From IMG/VR virus record IMGVR_UViG_2534681772_000018: a DNA stretch of 34,178 bases, one strand, 5' to 3'. Numbering within the stretch: the first letter of the stretch is position 1; each line of letters begins with the position of its first letter. Source of the stretch: a virus. Its lineage: Duplodnaviria > Heunggongvirae > Uroviricota > Caudoviricetes. The translations under genes were made by a program, and so were the position numbers. Shown here one piece after another: positions 9,030 through 18,179 of this stretch. The notes below the pieces were generated by a model, which was not told the origin of the DNA, did no database searches, and saw only the letters and a program-made list of their open reading frames with translations.

Positions 9030-9255
9030 CTGGATCTCCGTTGAACATGTCTACGAGAAGGAGCACAAAGTTATTTCATAACATGCAATATACTCATTCT
9101 GTAGCCATAAATGAATTATTCATGATGTAAGATTCGCGTTGATGTGCGTGAATTCGCAAGTAATTTTATAGCAAGGTTTGATTGGGTATCGTTAGCACTG
9201 GCGCGGTTTCAACGTATTCATGCACCTGCATTAAAACCGACCCATGAAGCGGGCG

Positions 9256-9274
9256 GGCGAGGCGGGGAAAGCAC
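9256..9274. other. cos site (19-nt cohesive end sequence of P2-like phages)
   Basis: GGCGAGGCGGGGAAAGCAC matches my recollection of the P2 cohesive end; lies in the expected place between the A-side accessory locus and Q. Confidence 0.6.
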
Positions 9275-9416
9275 TGCGCGCTGGCGGTGGTGCTGATTTT
9301 ATTTTTTCAGCGTCTGAGCGCGTCGTGATGGCGTTTAGATTGTTAGCCGGGGCGTTGGTGTGTCTGCGGGCTGTTTTGTGCGGTGGTGAGCGTGTGAGAG
9401 CGTGATGGCGGGTTGT

Positions 9417-9438
9417 AAAAAAGCCGCCCGCAGGCGGC
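9417..9438 (-). terminator. Rho-independent terminator downstream of Q (minus strand)
   Basis: On the minus strand immediately after the Q stop: GCCGCC-TGCG-GGCGGC hairpin followed by TTTTTT. Confidence 0.6.
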
Positions 9439-9443
9439 GATGT

Positions 9444-10478
9444 TCAGCCGTTGTCAGTGTCCAGTGAGTAGTTTTTAAAGCGGATGACCTCCTGACCGAG
9501 CCAGCCGTTTATCTCGCGGATCCTGTCCTGTAACGGGATAAGTTCATTGCGGACAAAGACCTTTGCCACTTTCTCAATATCACCCAGCGACCCGACGTTC
9601 TCCGGCTTGCCACCCATCAACTGAAAGGGGATGCGGTGCGCGTCCAGCAGGTCAGCGGCGCTGGCTTTTTTGATATTAAAAAAATCGTCCTTCGTCGCCA
9701 CTTCACTGAGGGGGATAATTTTAATGCCGTCGGCTTTCCCCTGTGGGGCATAGAGAAACAGGTTTTTAAAGTTGTTGCGGCCTTTCGACTTGACCATGTT
9801 TTCGCGAAGCATTTCGATATCGTTGCGGTCCTGCACGGCATCGGTGACGTACATGATGTATCCGGCATGTGCGCCGTTTTCGTAATACTTGCGGCGGAAC
9901 AGCGTGGCCGACTCATTCAGCCAGGCAGAGTTAAGGGCGCTGAGATATTCCGGCAGACCGTACAGCTCCTGATTAATATCCGGCTCCAGCAGGTGAAACA
10001 CGGAGCCGGGCGCGAAAGGTGTCGGCTCGTTGAAAGACGGCACCCACCAGTAAACATCCTCCTCCACGCCACGACGGGTATATTTGGCCGGTGAGGTTTC
10101 CAGTCTGATGACCTTACCGGTGGTGCTGTAACGCTTTTCCAGAAACGCATTACCGAACACCAGAAAATCCAGCACAAAACGGCTGAAATCCTGCTGGGAA
10201 AGCCACGGGTGCGGGATAAACGTTGAAGCCAGAATATTACGTTTGACGTAAATCGGTGAGCTGTGATGCACGGCAGCACGCAGACTTTTTGCCAGGCCGG
10301 TAAAGCTGACCGGTGGCTCATACCATCTGCCGTTACTGATGCACTCGACGTAATCCAGAATGTCACGCCGGTCGAGTACCGGTACCGGCTCACCAAAGGT
10401 GAATGCCTCCATTTTCGGGGCGCTGGCGGTCATTGTTTTTGCCGCAGGTTGCGGTGTTTTCCCTTTTTTCTTGCTCAT
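9444..10478 (-). CDS. Q: Portal protein (P2 gpQ)
   Basis: 344-aa ORF, same length as P2 Q, divergent from the O-N-M capsid operon and immediately downstream of P on the minus strand. Confidence 0.9.
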   Translation of the reverse strand: MSKKKGKTPQPAAKTMTASAPKMEAFTFGEPVPVLDRRDILDYVECISNGRWYEPPVSFTGLAKSLRAAVHHSSPIYVKRNILASTFIPHPWLSQQDFSRFVLDFLVFGNAFLEKRYSTTGKVIRLETSPAKYTRRGVEEDVYWWVPSFNEPTPFAPGSVFHLLEPDINQELYGLPEYLSALNSAWLNESATLFRRKYYENGAHAGYIMYVTDAVQDRNDIEMLRENMVKSKGRNNFKNLFLYAPQGKADGIKIIPLSEVATKDDFFNIKKASAADLLDAHRIPFQLMGGKPENVGSLGDIEKVAKVFVRNELIPLQDRIREINGWLGQEVIRFKNYSLDTDNG

Positions 10479-12250
10479 CAGTAAAACTCCAGAATGGTGG
10501 ATGTCAGCGGAGTGCTGATACCGGCGGTGAGTGGCTCATTTAACAGGGCGTGCATGGTCGCCCAGGCGAGGTCGGCGTGGCTGGCTTCCTCGCTGCGGCT
10601 GGCCTCATAGGTGGCACTGCGTCCGCTGCTGGTCATGGTCTTGCGGATAGCCATAAACGAGCTGGTGATGTCGGTGGCGCTGACGTCATATTCCAGACAG
10701 CCACGGCGGATAACGTCTTTTGCCTTGAGCACCATTGCGGTTTTCATTTCCGGCGTGTAGCGGATATCGCGCGCGGCGGGATAGAACGAGCGCACGAGCT
10801 GGAACACGCCGACACCGAGGCCGGTGGCATCAATTCCGATGTATTCGACGTTGTATTTCTCGGTGAGTTTGCGGATGGATTCAGCCTGAGTGGCAAAGTC
10901 CATGCCTTTCCACTGGTGACGCTCAAGGATCCTGAATTTGCCACCGGCCACCACCGGCGGTGCCAGTACCACGCATCCGGCGCTGTCGCCACGGTGTGAC
11001 GGGTCGTAACCAATCCATACCGGGCGGGAGCCGAACGGATTCGCGGCAAACGGCGCATAGTCTTCCCATTCTTCCAGCGTGTCGACCATGCAGCGTTGCA
11101 GCTCCTCGAACGGGAACACCGATGCCTTGTCGTCAACAAATTCACACATGAACAGGTTTTTAAAATCGTCGGCGCTGTTTTCACGTTTGAGCTGCTCAAT
11201 GTCGAACAGCGTGCAGCCGCCTTTCAGGGCATCCTCAATGGTGACAATCTGCCGCCACTGGCCGTCCGCACAGAGAAGACCTCCGGCAAGGGCGTTATGA
11301 CTGACGTCGATTTCCACGCGTTCGGCGGCGCTGGCGCGTCCCCGGTTGAACAGTTCACCCGACCAGAACGGGTAGGCGTCGTGCGCCAGCGTGGACGGGG
11401 TGGAGAAATAGGTCGAGCGCAGGTGACTCTGTGAGGCCATACCTGATGCCACCTTACGCAGTACCTGAAAATTCGGGATCCAGAAAATCTCGTCGACGTA
11501 CAGGTCGCCGTTATGGCTCTGTGCGGTGTTGGAGTTGGTGCCGAGAAAAATCAGTTTTGCGCCGTTATTGCCCAGGACAATCGGGTCACCGGTCAGGTCA
11601 ACGTCAACCAGTCGGGCAAAGGCGATGATGTATTCGCGGAACACATACGCCTGCGTTTTACTGGCCGACAGAAAAATCTGGTTATGACCGGTTTTCAGGG
11701 CGCGCAGCAGCGCCTCGCGGGAAAAATAAAACGTCGCGCCAATCTGGCGGGATTTCAGGATATCGCGGATGCGGTGCTCAAGCCCGGCGCGATACCAGTG
11801 CAACTGATATTCGAAAGACTGCTCAAAGAAAATCTGCTCCAGCTTTTCGATAGCCTCGTCGCTGAAAAAATTCTTTTTCGGTTTGCGCCGCCCGCCTTTG
11901 TTGCGGTTAGCGATGTTCGGATTAAGGTCTGCCTCGTTGCCGGTCTGGTTGTAGCGGTTTACCCGTGCCAGTCGTTCAATCTGGCGTCCGAGCAGGTCAA
12001 TTTCCTTGAAGTCACCGCCGGTTTTCTGCGGTTTTATGATGAGCTGGGTCAGCCGCGCTTCCAGACTCATTTCGACACGGCTGATGGGGGCAACGCTGTC
12101 CCAGCCGTCGCGCTGTTTCCAGCTCTGCACCGTCGGGCGTTTCATCTGCAACATGGCGGCAATCTGCGGCACGGAAAACCCCTGCCAGTACAGCAGCGCC
12201 GCCTGACGACGCGGGTCGTGTAAAAGAGTGGTGTCTGTGGTGATGGTCAT
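10478..12250 (-). CDS. P: Terminase large (ATPase) subunit (P2 gpP)
   Basis: 590-aa ORF from the first ATG at 12250 (MTITTDTTLL...); track ORF starts at TTG 12280. Length equals P2 P; stop overlaps Q start. Confidence 0.9.
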   Translation of the reverse strand: MTITTDTTLLHDPRRQAALLYWQGFSVPQIAAMLQMKRPTVQSWKQRDGWDSVAPISRVEMSLEARLTQLIIKPQKTGGDFKEIDLLGRQIERLARVNRYNQTGNEADLNPNIANRNKGGRRKPKKNFFSDEAIEKLEQIFFEQSFEYQLHWYRAGLEHRIRDILKSRQIGATFYFSREALLRALKTGHNQIFLSASKTQAYVFREYIIAFARLVDVDLTGDPIVLGNNGAKLIFLGTNSNTAQSHNGDLYVDEIFWIPNFQVLRKVASGMASQSHLRSTYFSTPSTLAHDAYPFWSGELFNRGRASAAERVEIDVSHNALAGGLLCADGQWRQIVTIEDALKGGCTLFDIEQLKRENSADDFKNLFMCEFVDDKASVFPFEELQRCMVDTLEEWEDYAPFAANPFGSRPVWIGYDPSHRGDSAGCVVLAPPVVAGGKFRILERHQWKGMDFATQAESIRKLTEKYNVEYIGIDATGLGVGVFQLVRSFYPAARDIRYTPEMKTAMVLKAKDVIRRGCLEYDVSATDITSSFMAIRKTMTSSGRSATYEASRSEEASHADLAWATMHALLNEPLTAGISTPLTSTILEFY

Positions 12251-12423
12251 GAATACCTCGCCGTGATGAATACACGGCAAGGCTACTGAGTCGTGCCCTG
12301 CGATTCGCTAAGGTGCTGTTGTGTCAGTGATAAGCCATCCGGGACTGATGGCGGAGGATGCGCATCGTCGGGAAACTGATGCCGACATGTGACTCCTCTA
12401 ATCACTATTCAGGACTCCTGACA

Positions 12424-13278
12424 ATGGCAAAAAAAGTCTCAAAATTCTTTCGTATCGGCGTTGAGGGTGACACCTGTGACGGGCGTGTCATCAGTGCGCA
12501 GGATATTCAGGAAATGGCCGAAACCTTTGACCCGCGTGTCTATGGTTGCCGCATTAACCTGGAACATCTGCGCGGCATCCTGCCTGACGGCATTTTTAAA
12601 CGTTATGGCGATGTGGTCGAACTGAAGGCCGAAAAGATTGACGATGATTCGGCGCTGAAAGGCAAATGGGCGCTGTTTGCGAAAATCACCCCGACCGATG
12701 ACCTTATCGCGATGAACAAGGCCGCGCAGAAGGTCTATACCTCAATGGAAATTCAGCCGAACTTTGCCAATACCGGCAAATGTTATCTGGTGGGTCTGGC
12801 CGTCACCGATGACCCGGCAAGCCTCGGCACGGAATACCTGGAATTCTGCCGCACGGCAAAACACAACCCCCTGAACCGCTTCAAATTAAGCCCTGAAAAC
12901 CTGATTTCAGTGGCAACGCCCGTTGAGCTGGAATTTGAAGACCTGCCTGAAACCGTGTTCACCGCCCTGACCGAAAAGGTGAAATCCATTTTTGGCCGCA
13001 AACAGGCCAGTGATGACGCCCGTCTGAATGACGTGCATGAAGCGGTGACCGCTGTTGCTGAACATGTGCAGGAAAAGCTGAGTGCCACTGAGCAGCGCCT
13101 CGCTGAGATGGAAACCGCTTTTTCCGCACTTAAGCAGGATGTGACTGACAGGGCGGATGAAACCAGCCAGGCATTCACCCGCCTGAAAAACAGTCTCGAC
13201 AGCACCGAAAGTCTGACCCAGCAGCGCCGCAGCAAGGCCACCGGCGGTGGCGGTGATGCCCTGATGACGAACTGCTGA
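12424..13278 (+). CDS. O: Capsid scaffolding protein (P2 gpO)
   Basis: 284-aa ORF from ATG 12424 (MAKKVSKFFRIGVEGD...), same length as P2 O; divergent from P/Q. Confidence 0.9.
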   Translation: MAKKVSKFFRIGVEGDTCDGRVISAQDIQEMAETFDPRVYGCRINLEHLRGILPDGIFKRYGDVVELKAEKIDDDSALKGKWALFAKITPTDDLIAMNKAAQKVYTSMEIQPNFANTGKCYLVGLAVTDDPASLGTEYLEFCRTAKHNPLNRFKLSPENLISVATPVELEFEDLPETVFTALTEKVKSIFGRKQASDDARLNDVHEAVTAVAEHVQEKLSATEQRLAEMETAFSALKQDVTDRADETSQAFTRLKNSLDSTESLTQQRRSKATGGGGDALMTNC

Positions 13279-13336
13279 CCGGCGTCAGTCAGTCCGGGAA
13301 AACCTTCACGATTAACCCTTAATTTCAGGAAAAACT

Positions 13337-14410
13337 ATGCGCCAGGAAACCCGCTTTAAATTTAATGCCTACCTGTCCCGTGTTGCCGAACTGAACGGCA
13401 TCGACGCCGGTGATGTGTCGAAAAAATTCACCGTTGAACCGTCGGTCACCCAGACCCTGATGAACACCATGCAGGAGTCCTCTGACTTTCTGACCCGCAT
13501 CAACATTGTGCCGGTCAGCGAAATGAAAGGGGAAAAAATTGGTATTGGTGTCACCGGCTCCATCGCCAGCACCACCGACACCGCCGGTGGCACCGAGCGT
13601 CAGCCGAAGGACTTCTCGAAGCTGGCGTCAAACAAGTACGAATGCGACCAGATTAACTTCGATTTTTATATCCGCTACAAAACGCTTGACCTGTGGGCGC
13701 GTTATCAGGATTTCCAGCTCCGTATCCGTAACGCCATTATCAAACGCCAGTCCCTTGATTTCATCATGGCCGGTTTTAACGGCGTGAAGCGTGCCGAAAC
13801 CTCTGACCGCAACAGCAATCCGATGTTGCAGGATGTGGCGGTCGGCTGGCTGCAGAAATACCGCAATGAAGCCCCGGCGCGCGTGATGAGCAAGGTCACT
13901 GACGAGGAAGGGCGCACCACCTCTGAGGTTATCCGCGTGGGTAAGGGCGGTGATTATGCCAGCCTTGACGCACTGGTGATGGATGCGACCAACAACCTGA
14001 TTGAACCGTGGTATCAGGAAGACCCTGACCTTGTGGTGATTGTGGGACGTCAGCTACTGGCGGACAAATATTTCCCCATCGTCAACAAGGAGCAGGACAA
14101 CAGCGAAATGCTGGCCGCTGACGTCATCATCAGCCAGAAACGCATCGGTAACCTGCCGGCGGTACGCGTCCCGTACTTCCCGGCGGATGCGATGCTCATC
14201 ACGAAGCTGGAAAACCTGTCCATCTACTACATGGATGACAGCCATCGCCGCGTGATTGAGGAAAACCCGAAACTCGACCGCGTGGAGAACTACGAGTCAA
14301 TGAACATTGATTACGTGGTGGAAGACTACGCCGCCGGTTGTCTGGTGGAAAAAATTAAGGTCGGTGATTTCTCCACACCGGCTAAGGCGACCGCAGAGCC
14401 GGGAGCGTAA
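13337..14410 (+). CDS. N: Major capsid protein (P2 gpN)
   Basis: 357-aa ORF, same length as P2 N, following the scaffold gene. Confidence 0.9.
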   Translation: MRQETRFKFNAYLSRVAELNGIDAGDVSKKFTVEPSVTQTLMNTMQESSDFLTRINIVPVSEMKGEKIGIGVTGSIASTTDTAGGTERQPKDFSKLASNKYECDQINFDFYIRYKTLDLWARYQDFQLRIRNAIIKRQSLDFIMAGFNGVKRAETSDRNSNPMLQDVAVGWLQKYRNEAPARVMSKVTDEEGRTTSEVIRVGKGGDYASLDALVMDATNNLIEPWYQEDPDLVVIVGRQLLADKYFPIVNKEQDNSEMLAADVIISQKRIGNLPAVRVPYFPADAMLITKLENLSIYYMDDSHRRVIEENPKLDRVENYESMNIDYVVEDYAAGCLVEKIKVGDFSTPAKATAEPGA

Positions 14411-14413
14411 CCG

Positions 14414-15157
14414 ATGACGAGTCCCGCACAGCGCCACATGATGCGGGTCTCGGCAGCGATGACCGCGCAGCGGGAAGTCGCCCCGCTGCGACATGCAACT
14501 GTCTATGAGCAGATGCTGGTTAAGCTCGCCGCAGACCAGCGCACACTGAAAGCGATTTATTCAAAAGAGCTGAAGGCCGCGAAAAAACGCGAACTGCTGC
14601 CGTTCTGGTTGCCGTGGGTGAACGGCGTGCTGGAGCAGGGCAAAGGTGCACAGGATGACATTCTGATGACGGTCATGCTGTGGCGTCTGGATACCGGCGA
14701 TATTGCCGGTGCGCTGGAGATTGCCCGTTATGCCCTGAAGTACGGTCTGACCATGCCGGGTAAACACCGCCGCACCCCGCCGTACATGTTCACCGAGGAG
14801 GTGGCGCTCGCGGCCATGCGTGCTCACGCTGCCGGTGAGTCTGTGGATACCCGCCTGCTGACGGAGACCCTTGAACTGACCGCCACGGCTGACATGCCTG
14901 ATGAAGTGCGCGCAAAGCTGCACAAAATCACCGGTCTGTTTCTGCGTGACGGTGGTGATGCCGCAGGGGCGCTGGCGCACCTGCAACGTGCGACACAGCT
15001 CGACTGTCAGGCAGGCGTCAAAAAAGAGATTGAACGACTGGAGCGGGAGCTGAAACCGAAGCCGGAGCCGCAGCCCAAAGCGGCCACCCGTACCCCGCGT
15101 AAGACCCGGAGCGTGACACCGGCAAAACGTGGACGCCCGAAAAAGAAAGCCAGTTAA
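14414..15157 (+). CDS. M: Terminase small (endonuclease) subunit (P2 gpM)
   Basis: 247-aa ORF, same length as P2 M, basic Lys/Arg/Pro-rich C-terminus, correct position after N. Confidence 0.9.
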   Translation: MTSPAQRHMMRVSAAMTAQREVAPLRHATVYEQMLVKLAADQRTLKAIYSKELKAAKKRELLPFWLPWVNGVLEQGKGAQDDILMTVMLWRLDTGDIAGALEIARYALKYGLTMPGKHRRTPPYMFTEEVALAAMRAHAAGESVDTRLLTETLELTATADMPDEVRAKLHKITGLFLRDGGDAAGALAHLQRATQLDCQAGVKKEIERLERELKPKPEPQPKAATRTPRKTRSVTPAKRGRPKKKAS

Positions 15158-15256
15158 CAACCGAATGCGCCCCGCGCCAGGGCGGCACGCCGGTCAGTGA
15201 GGGTGAATCACCTGACACTGCACCGGCGTCCACCGCCCGACTTTTCAGAGGTGGTC

Positions 15257-15766
15257 ATGATGACGCTGATTATTCCGCGAAAGGAGGCTCCCGTGTCCGG
15301 TGAGGGTACGGTGGTCATCCCGCAACCGGCAGGCGACGAGCCGGTGATTAAAAACACGTTCTTTTTTCCCGATATCGACCCGAAGCGCGTCCGGGAACGT
15401 ATGCGCCTTGAGCAGACCGTCGCCCCCGCCCGTCTGCGTGAGGCTATCAAGTCAGGCATGGCGGAGACAAATGCGGAGCTGTACGAGTATCGCGAACAGA
15501 AAATTGCCGCCGGTTTTACGCGTCTGGCGGACGTCCCGGCGGACGACATCGACGGTGAAAGCATCAAAGTTTTTTACTACGAGCGCGCCGTGTGTGCGAT
15601 GGCGACCGCGTCGCTTTATGAGCGTTATCGCGGCGTGGATGCCAGTGCGAAAGGCGACAAGAAGGCCGACAGCATTGACAGCACCATTGATGAACTGTGG
15701 CGGGATATGCGCTGGGCGGTGGCGCGTATCCAGGACAAGCCGCGCTGCATCGTGAGTCAAATCTGA
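15257..15766 (+). CDS. L: Head completion/stabilisation protein (P2 gpL)
   Basis: 169-aa ORF from ATG 15257 preceded by GAGGTGG; equals P2 L length. Track ORF starts further upstream at 15197. Confidence 0.85.
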   Translation: MMTLIIPRKEAPVSGEGTVVIPQPAGDEPVIKNTFFFPDIDPKRVRERMRLEQTVAPARLREAIKSGMAETNAELYEYREQKIAAGFTRLADVPADDIDGESIKVFYYERAVCAMATASLYERYRGVDASAKGDKKADSIDSTIDELWRDMRWAVARIQDKPRCIVSQI

Positions 15767-15969
15767 TGAAGACCTTTGCGCTACAGGGCGACACGCTCGA
15801 CGCCATTTGTGTCCGGTATTACGGGCGCACTGAGGGCGTGGTTGAGACCGTGCTCGCCGCAAATCCGGGACTGGCTGAACTGGGTGCGGTGCTGCCACAC
15901 GGCACCGCCGTCGAACTGCCCGACGTTCAGACCGCGCCCGTGGCTGAAACTGTCAATCTGTGGGAGTAA
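15766..15969 (+). CDS. X: Tail protein X (P2 gpX)
   Basis: 67-aa ORF from ATG 15766 (MKTFALQGDTLDAICVRYYG...), overlapping the L stop; size and position match P2 X. Confidence 0.8.
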   Translation: MKTFALQGDTLDAICVRYYGRTEGVVETVLAANPGLAELGAVLPHGTAVELPDVQTAPVAETVNLWE

Positions 15970-15972
15970 CGC

Positions 15973-16254
15973 ATGACAGCAGAAGAAAAAAGCGTCCTGT
16001 CGCTTTTCATGATTGGGGTGCTGATTGTTGTCGGCAAGGTGCTTGCCGGTGGTGAACCCATCACCCCGCGTCTGTTTATCGGGCGCATGTTGCTCGGCGG
16101 TTTTGTCTCGATGGTTGCCGGTGTTGTTCTGGTGCAGTTTCCTGACCTGTCACTGCCTGCGGTGTGCGGCATCGGTTCCATGCTGGGTATCGCCGGTTAT
16201 CAGGTGATTGAGATTGCCATTCAGCGCCGCTTTAAGGGCAGGGGGAAACCGTAA
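15973..16254 (+). CDS. Y: Holin (P2 gpY)
   Basis: 93-aa ORF with hydrophobic membrane-spanning segments (LSLFMIGVLIVVGKVLAGG, FVSMVAGVVLV); first gene of the lysis cassette. Confidence 0.8.
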   Translation: MTAEEKSVLSLFMIGVLIVVGKVLAGGEPITPRLFIGRMLLGGFVSMVAGVVLVQFPDLSLPAVCGIGSMLGIAGYQVIEIAIQRRFKGRGKP

Positions 16255-16751
16255 TGCCGGTAATTAACACGCATCAGAATATCGCCGCCTTTCTCGACAT
16301 GCTGGCCGTGTCCGAAGGGACGGCGAATCATCCGCTGACGAAAAACCGGGGCTATGACGTGATAGTCACCGGACTGGACGGAAAGCCGGAAATTTTCACC
16401 GACTACAGTGACCACCCGTTCGCGCATGGCCGACCGGCGAAGGTGTTTAACCGTCGCGGTGAAAAATCCACGGCCTCCGGTCGCTATCAGCAGCTTTACC
16501 TGTTCTGGCCGCACTACCGCAAACAGCTTGCCCTGCCGGATTTCAGTCCGTTGTCACAGGACAGGCTCGCCATTCAGTTGATCCGCGAACGCGGTGCACT
16601 GGATGACATCCGGGCGGGACGCATTGAGCGCGCCATTTCACGCTGTCGCAATATCTGGGCGTCCCTGCCGGGTGCCGGTTACGGTCAGCGTGAGCATTCA
16701 CTGGAAAAACTGGTCACCGTCTGGCGTACCGCCGGCGGCGTACCGGCTTAA
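16254..16751 (+). CDS. K: Endolysin / lysozyme (P2 gpK)
   Basis: 165-aa ORF directly after the holin; size matches P2 K. Confidence 0.85.
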   Translation: MPVINTHQNIAAFLDMLAVSEGTANHPLTKNRGYDVIVTGLDGKPEIFTDYSDHPFAHGRPAKVFNRRGEKSTASGRYQQLYLFWPHYRKQLALPDFSPLSQDRLAIQLIRERGALDDIRAGRIERAISRCRNIWASLPGAGYGQREHSLEKLVTVWRTAGGVPA

Positions 16752-16765
16752 ACGGAGTAAACACC

Positions 16766-17191
16766 ATGAAGAAATTATCCCTTTCACTGATGCTGAACGT
16801 GTCGCTGGCGCTGATGCTGGCACTGTCCCTGATTTACCCGCAGAGCGTGGCCGTCAGTTTTGTCGCCACCTGGGCGATTCTGGCGACGGTTATCTGTGTG
16901 GTTGCCGGTGGTGTCGGCGTGTATGCCACGGAGTATGTGCTGGAACGCTACGGGCGGGAGCTGCCGCCGGAATCGCTGGCCGTGAAGATTGTCACGTCGC
17001 TGTTTTTGCAGCCGGTGCCGTGGCGCAGACGGGCGGCGGCTCTGGTGGTGATGGTGGCGACGTTTATCTCGCTGGTCGCTGCCGGGTGGATTTTTACCGC
17101 GCTGATTTATCTCGTGGCGTCGCTGTTTTTCCGGTTGATGCATACGGCCTGCCGCCAGCGTCTTGAGGGGCGGAAACCATGTCAAGGCTGA
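16766..17191 (+). CDS. lysA: Lysis timing protein LysA (membrane protein)
   Basis: 141-aa ORF with several hydrophobic helices, following K as in P2. Confidence 0.7.
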   Translation: MKKLSLSLMLNVSLALMLALSLIYPQSVAVSFVATWAILATVICVVAGGVGVYATEYVLERYGRELPPESLAVKIVTSLFLQPVPWRRRAAALVVMVATFISLVAAGWIFTALIYLVASLFFRLMHTACRQRLEGRKPCQG

Positions 17192-17622
17192 TGACTGTGC
17201 TGATTGTGTTGTTATCGCTGGCGGTGGCCGGTCTGTTTCTGGTGAAACACAAAAATGCCAGCCTGCGCGCCTCGCTGGACAGGGCGAACAATGTCGCCAG
17301 TGGGCAGCAGACGACCATCACCATGCTGAAAAATCAGCTTCATGTTGCACTCACCAGGGCAGACAAAAACGAGCTGGCGCAGGTGGCACTGCGTCAGGAA
17401 CTGGAGAACGCCGCGAAGCGTGAAGCACAGCGCGAGAAAACCATCACGAGGTTACTCAATGAAAACGAAGATTTTCGCCGCTGGTACGGTGCTGACCTGC
17501 CTGATGCTGTGCGCCGGTTGCACCAGCGCCCCGCCTGCACCGACGCCAGTGATTGTCCACAACGCCTGCCCGAAAGTGAGTCTTTGCCCGATGCCGGGCA
17601 GCGACCCGCAGACGAACGGTGA
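17179..17622 (+). CDS. lysB: Inner-membrane spanin component LysB (Rz-like)
   Basis: 147-aa ORF with an N-terminal transmembrane segment (LMTVLIVLLSLAVAGLFLV) followed by a charged coiled-coil-like region. Confidence 0.75.
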   Translation: MSRLMTVLIVLLSLAVAGLFLVKHKNASLRASLDRANNVASGQQTTITMLKNQLHVALTRADKNELAQVALRQELENAAKREAQREKTITRLLNENEDFRRWYGADLPDAVRRLHQRPACTDASDCPQRLPESESLPDAGQRPADER

Positions 17623-17749
17623 TTTAAGTGCCGATATCCGGCAGCTTGAGAACGCGCTGGCGCGCTGTGCCAGCCAGGTAAAAATGATTAAACACTGTCA
17701 GGACGAAAACGATGCTCAAACCCGACAGCCTGCGCAGGGCGCTGACTGA
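17459..17749 (+). CDS. lysC: Outer-membrane lipoprotein spanin LysC (Rz1-like), out-of-frame overlap with lysB
   Basis: 96-aa ORF from ATG 17459 (MKTKIFAAGTVLTCLMLCAGC...) with a lipoprotein-type signal peptide and lipobox-like LCAGC, proline-rich. Starts inside lysB in another frame and extends past it. Confidence 0.7.
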   Translation: MKTKIFAAGTVLTCLMLCAGCTSAPPAPTPVIVHNACPKVSLCPMPGSDPQTNGDLSADIRQLENALARCASQVKMIKHCQDENDAQTRQPAQGAD

Positions 17750-18179
17750 TGCCGTCACGGTGCTGAAAACTAACCCCGATATGCTGCGGATATTCGTGGA
17801 TAACGGGAGTATTGCCTCCACACTGGCGGCGTCGCTGTCATTCGAAAAGCGTTACACGCTCAATGTGATTGTGACCGACTTTACCGGTGATTTTGACCTG
17901 CTCATTGTGCCGGTGCTGGCGTGGCTGCGGGAAAATCAGCCCGACATCATGACCACCGACGAAGGCCAGAAAAAGGGCTTCACGTTTTATGCAGACATCA
18001 ACAATGACAGCAGCTTTGATATCAGTATCAGCCTGATGCTGACCGAGCGCACGCTGGTCAGTGAGGTGGACGGCGCACTGCATGTGAAGAATATCCCGGA
18101 ACCCCCGCCGCCGGAGCCGGTCACCCGCCCGATGGAGCTTTATATCAATGGCGAACTGGTGAGTAAGTGGGATGAATGA
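17712..18179 (+). CDS. R: Tail completion protein R (P2 gpR)
   Basis: 155-aa ORF, same length as P2 R, correct position. Confidence 0.85.
   Translation: MLKPDSLRRALTDAVTVLKTNPDMLRIFVDNGSIASTLAASLSFEKRYTLNVIVTDFTGDFDLLIVPVLAWLRENQPDIMTTDEGQKKGFTFYADINNDSSFDISISLMLTERTLVSEVDGALHVKNIPEPPPPEPVTRPMELYINGELVSKWDE

Noticed and set aside
10550-12223. Several long plus-strand ORFs (10550..10999, 11096..11434, 11513..12223) overlapping terminase gene P
   Set aside because: They are antisense to a well-supported, P2-length terminase ORF in GC-rich sequence where spurious open frames are common. They have Arg/Gly/Ala-rich low-complexity translations and no ribosome-binding sites.
15408-15898. ORFs overlapping L/X in other frames (15408..15755 plus strand, 15452..15898 minus strand)
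   Set aside because: They sit inside or antisense to the P2-length L and X genes; Arg/Pro-rich translations are typical of GC-rich off-frame artefacts.
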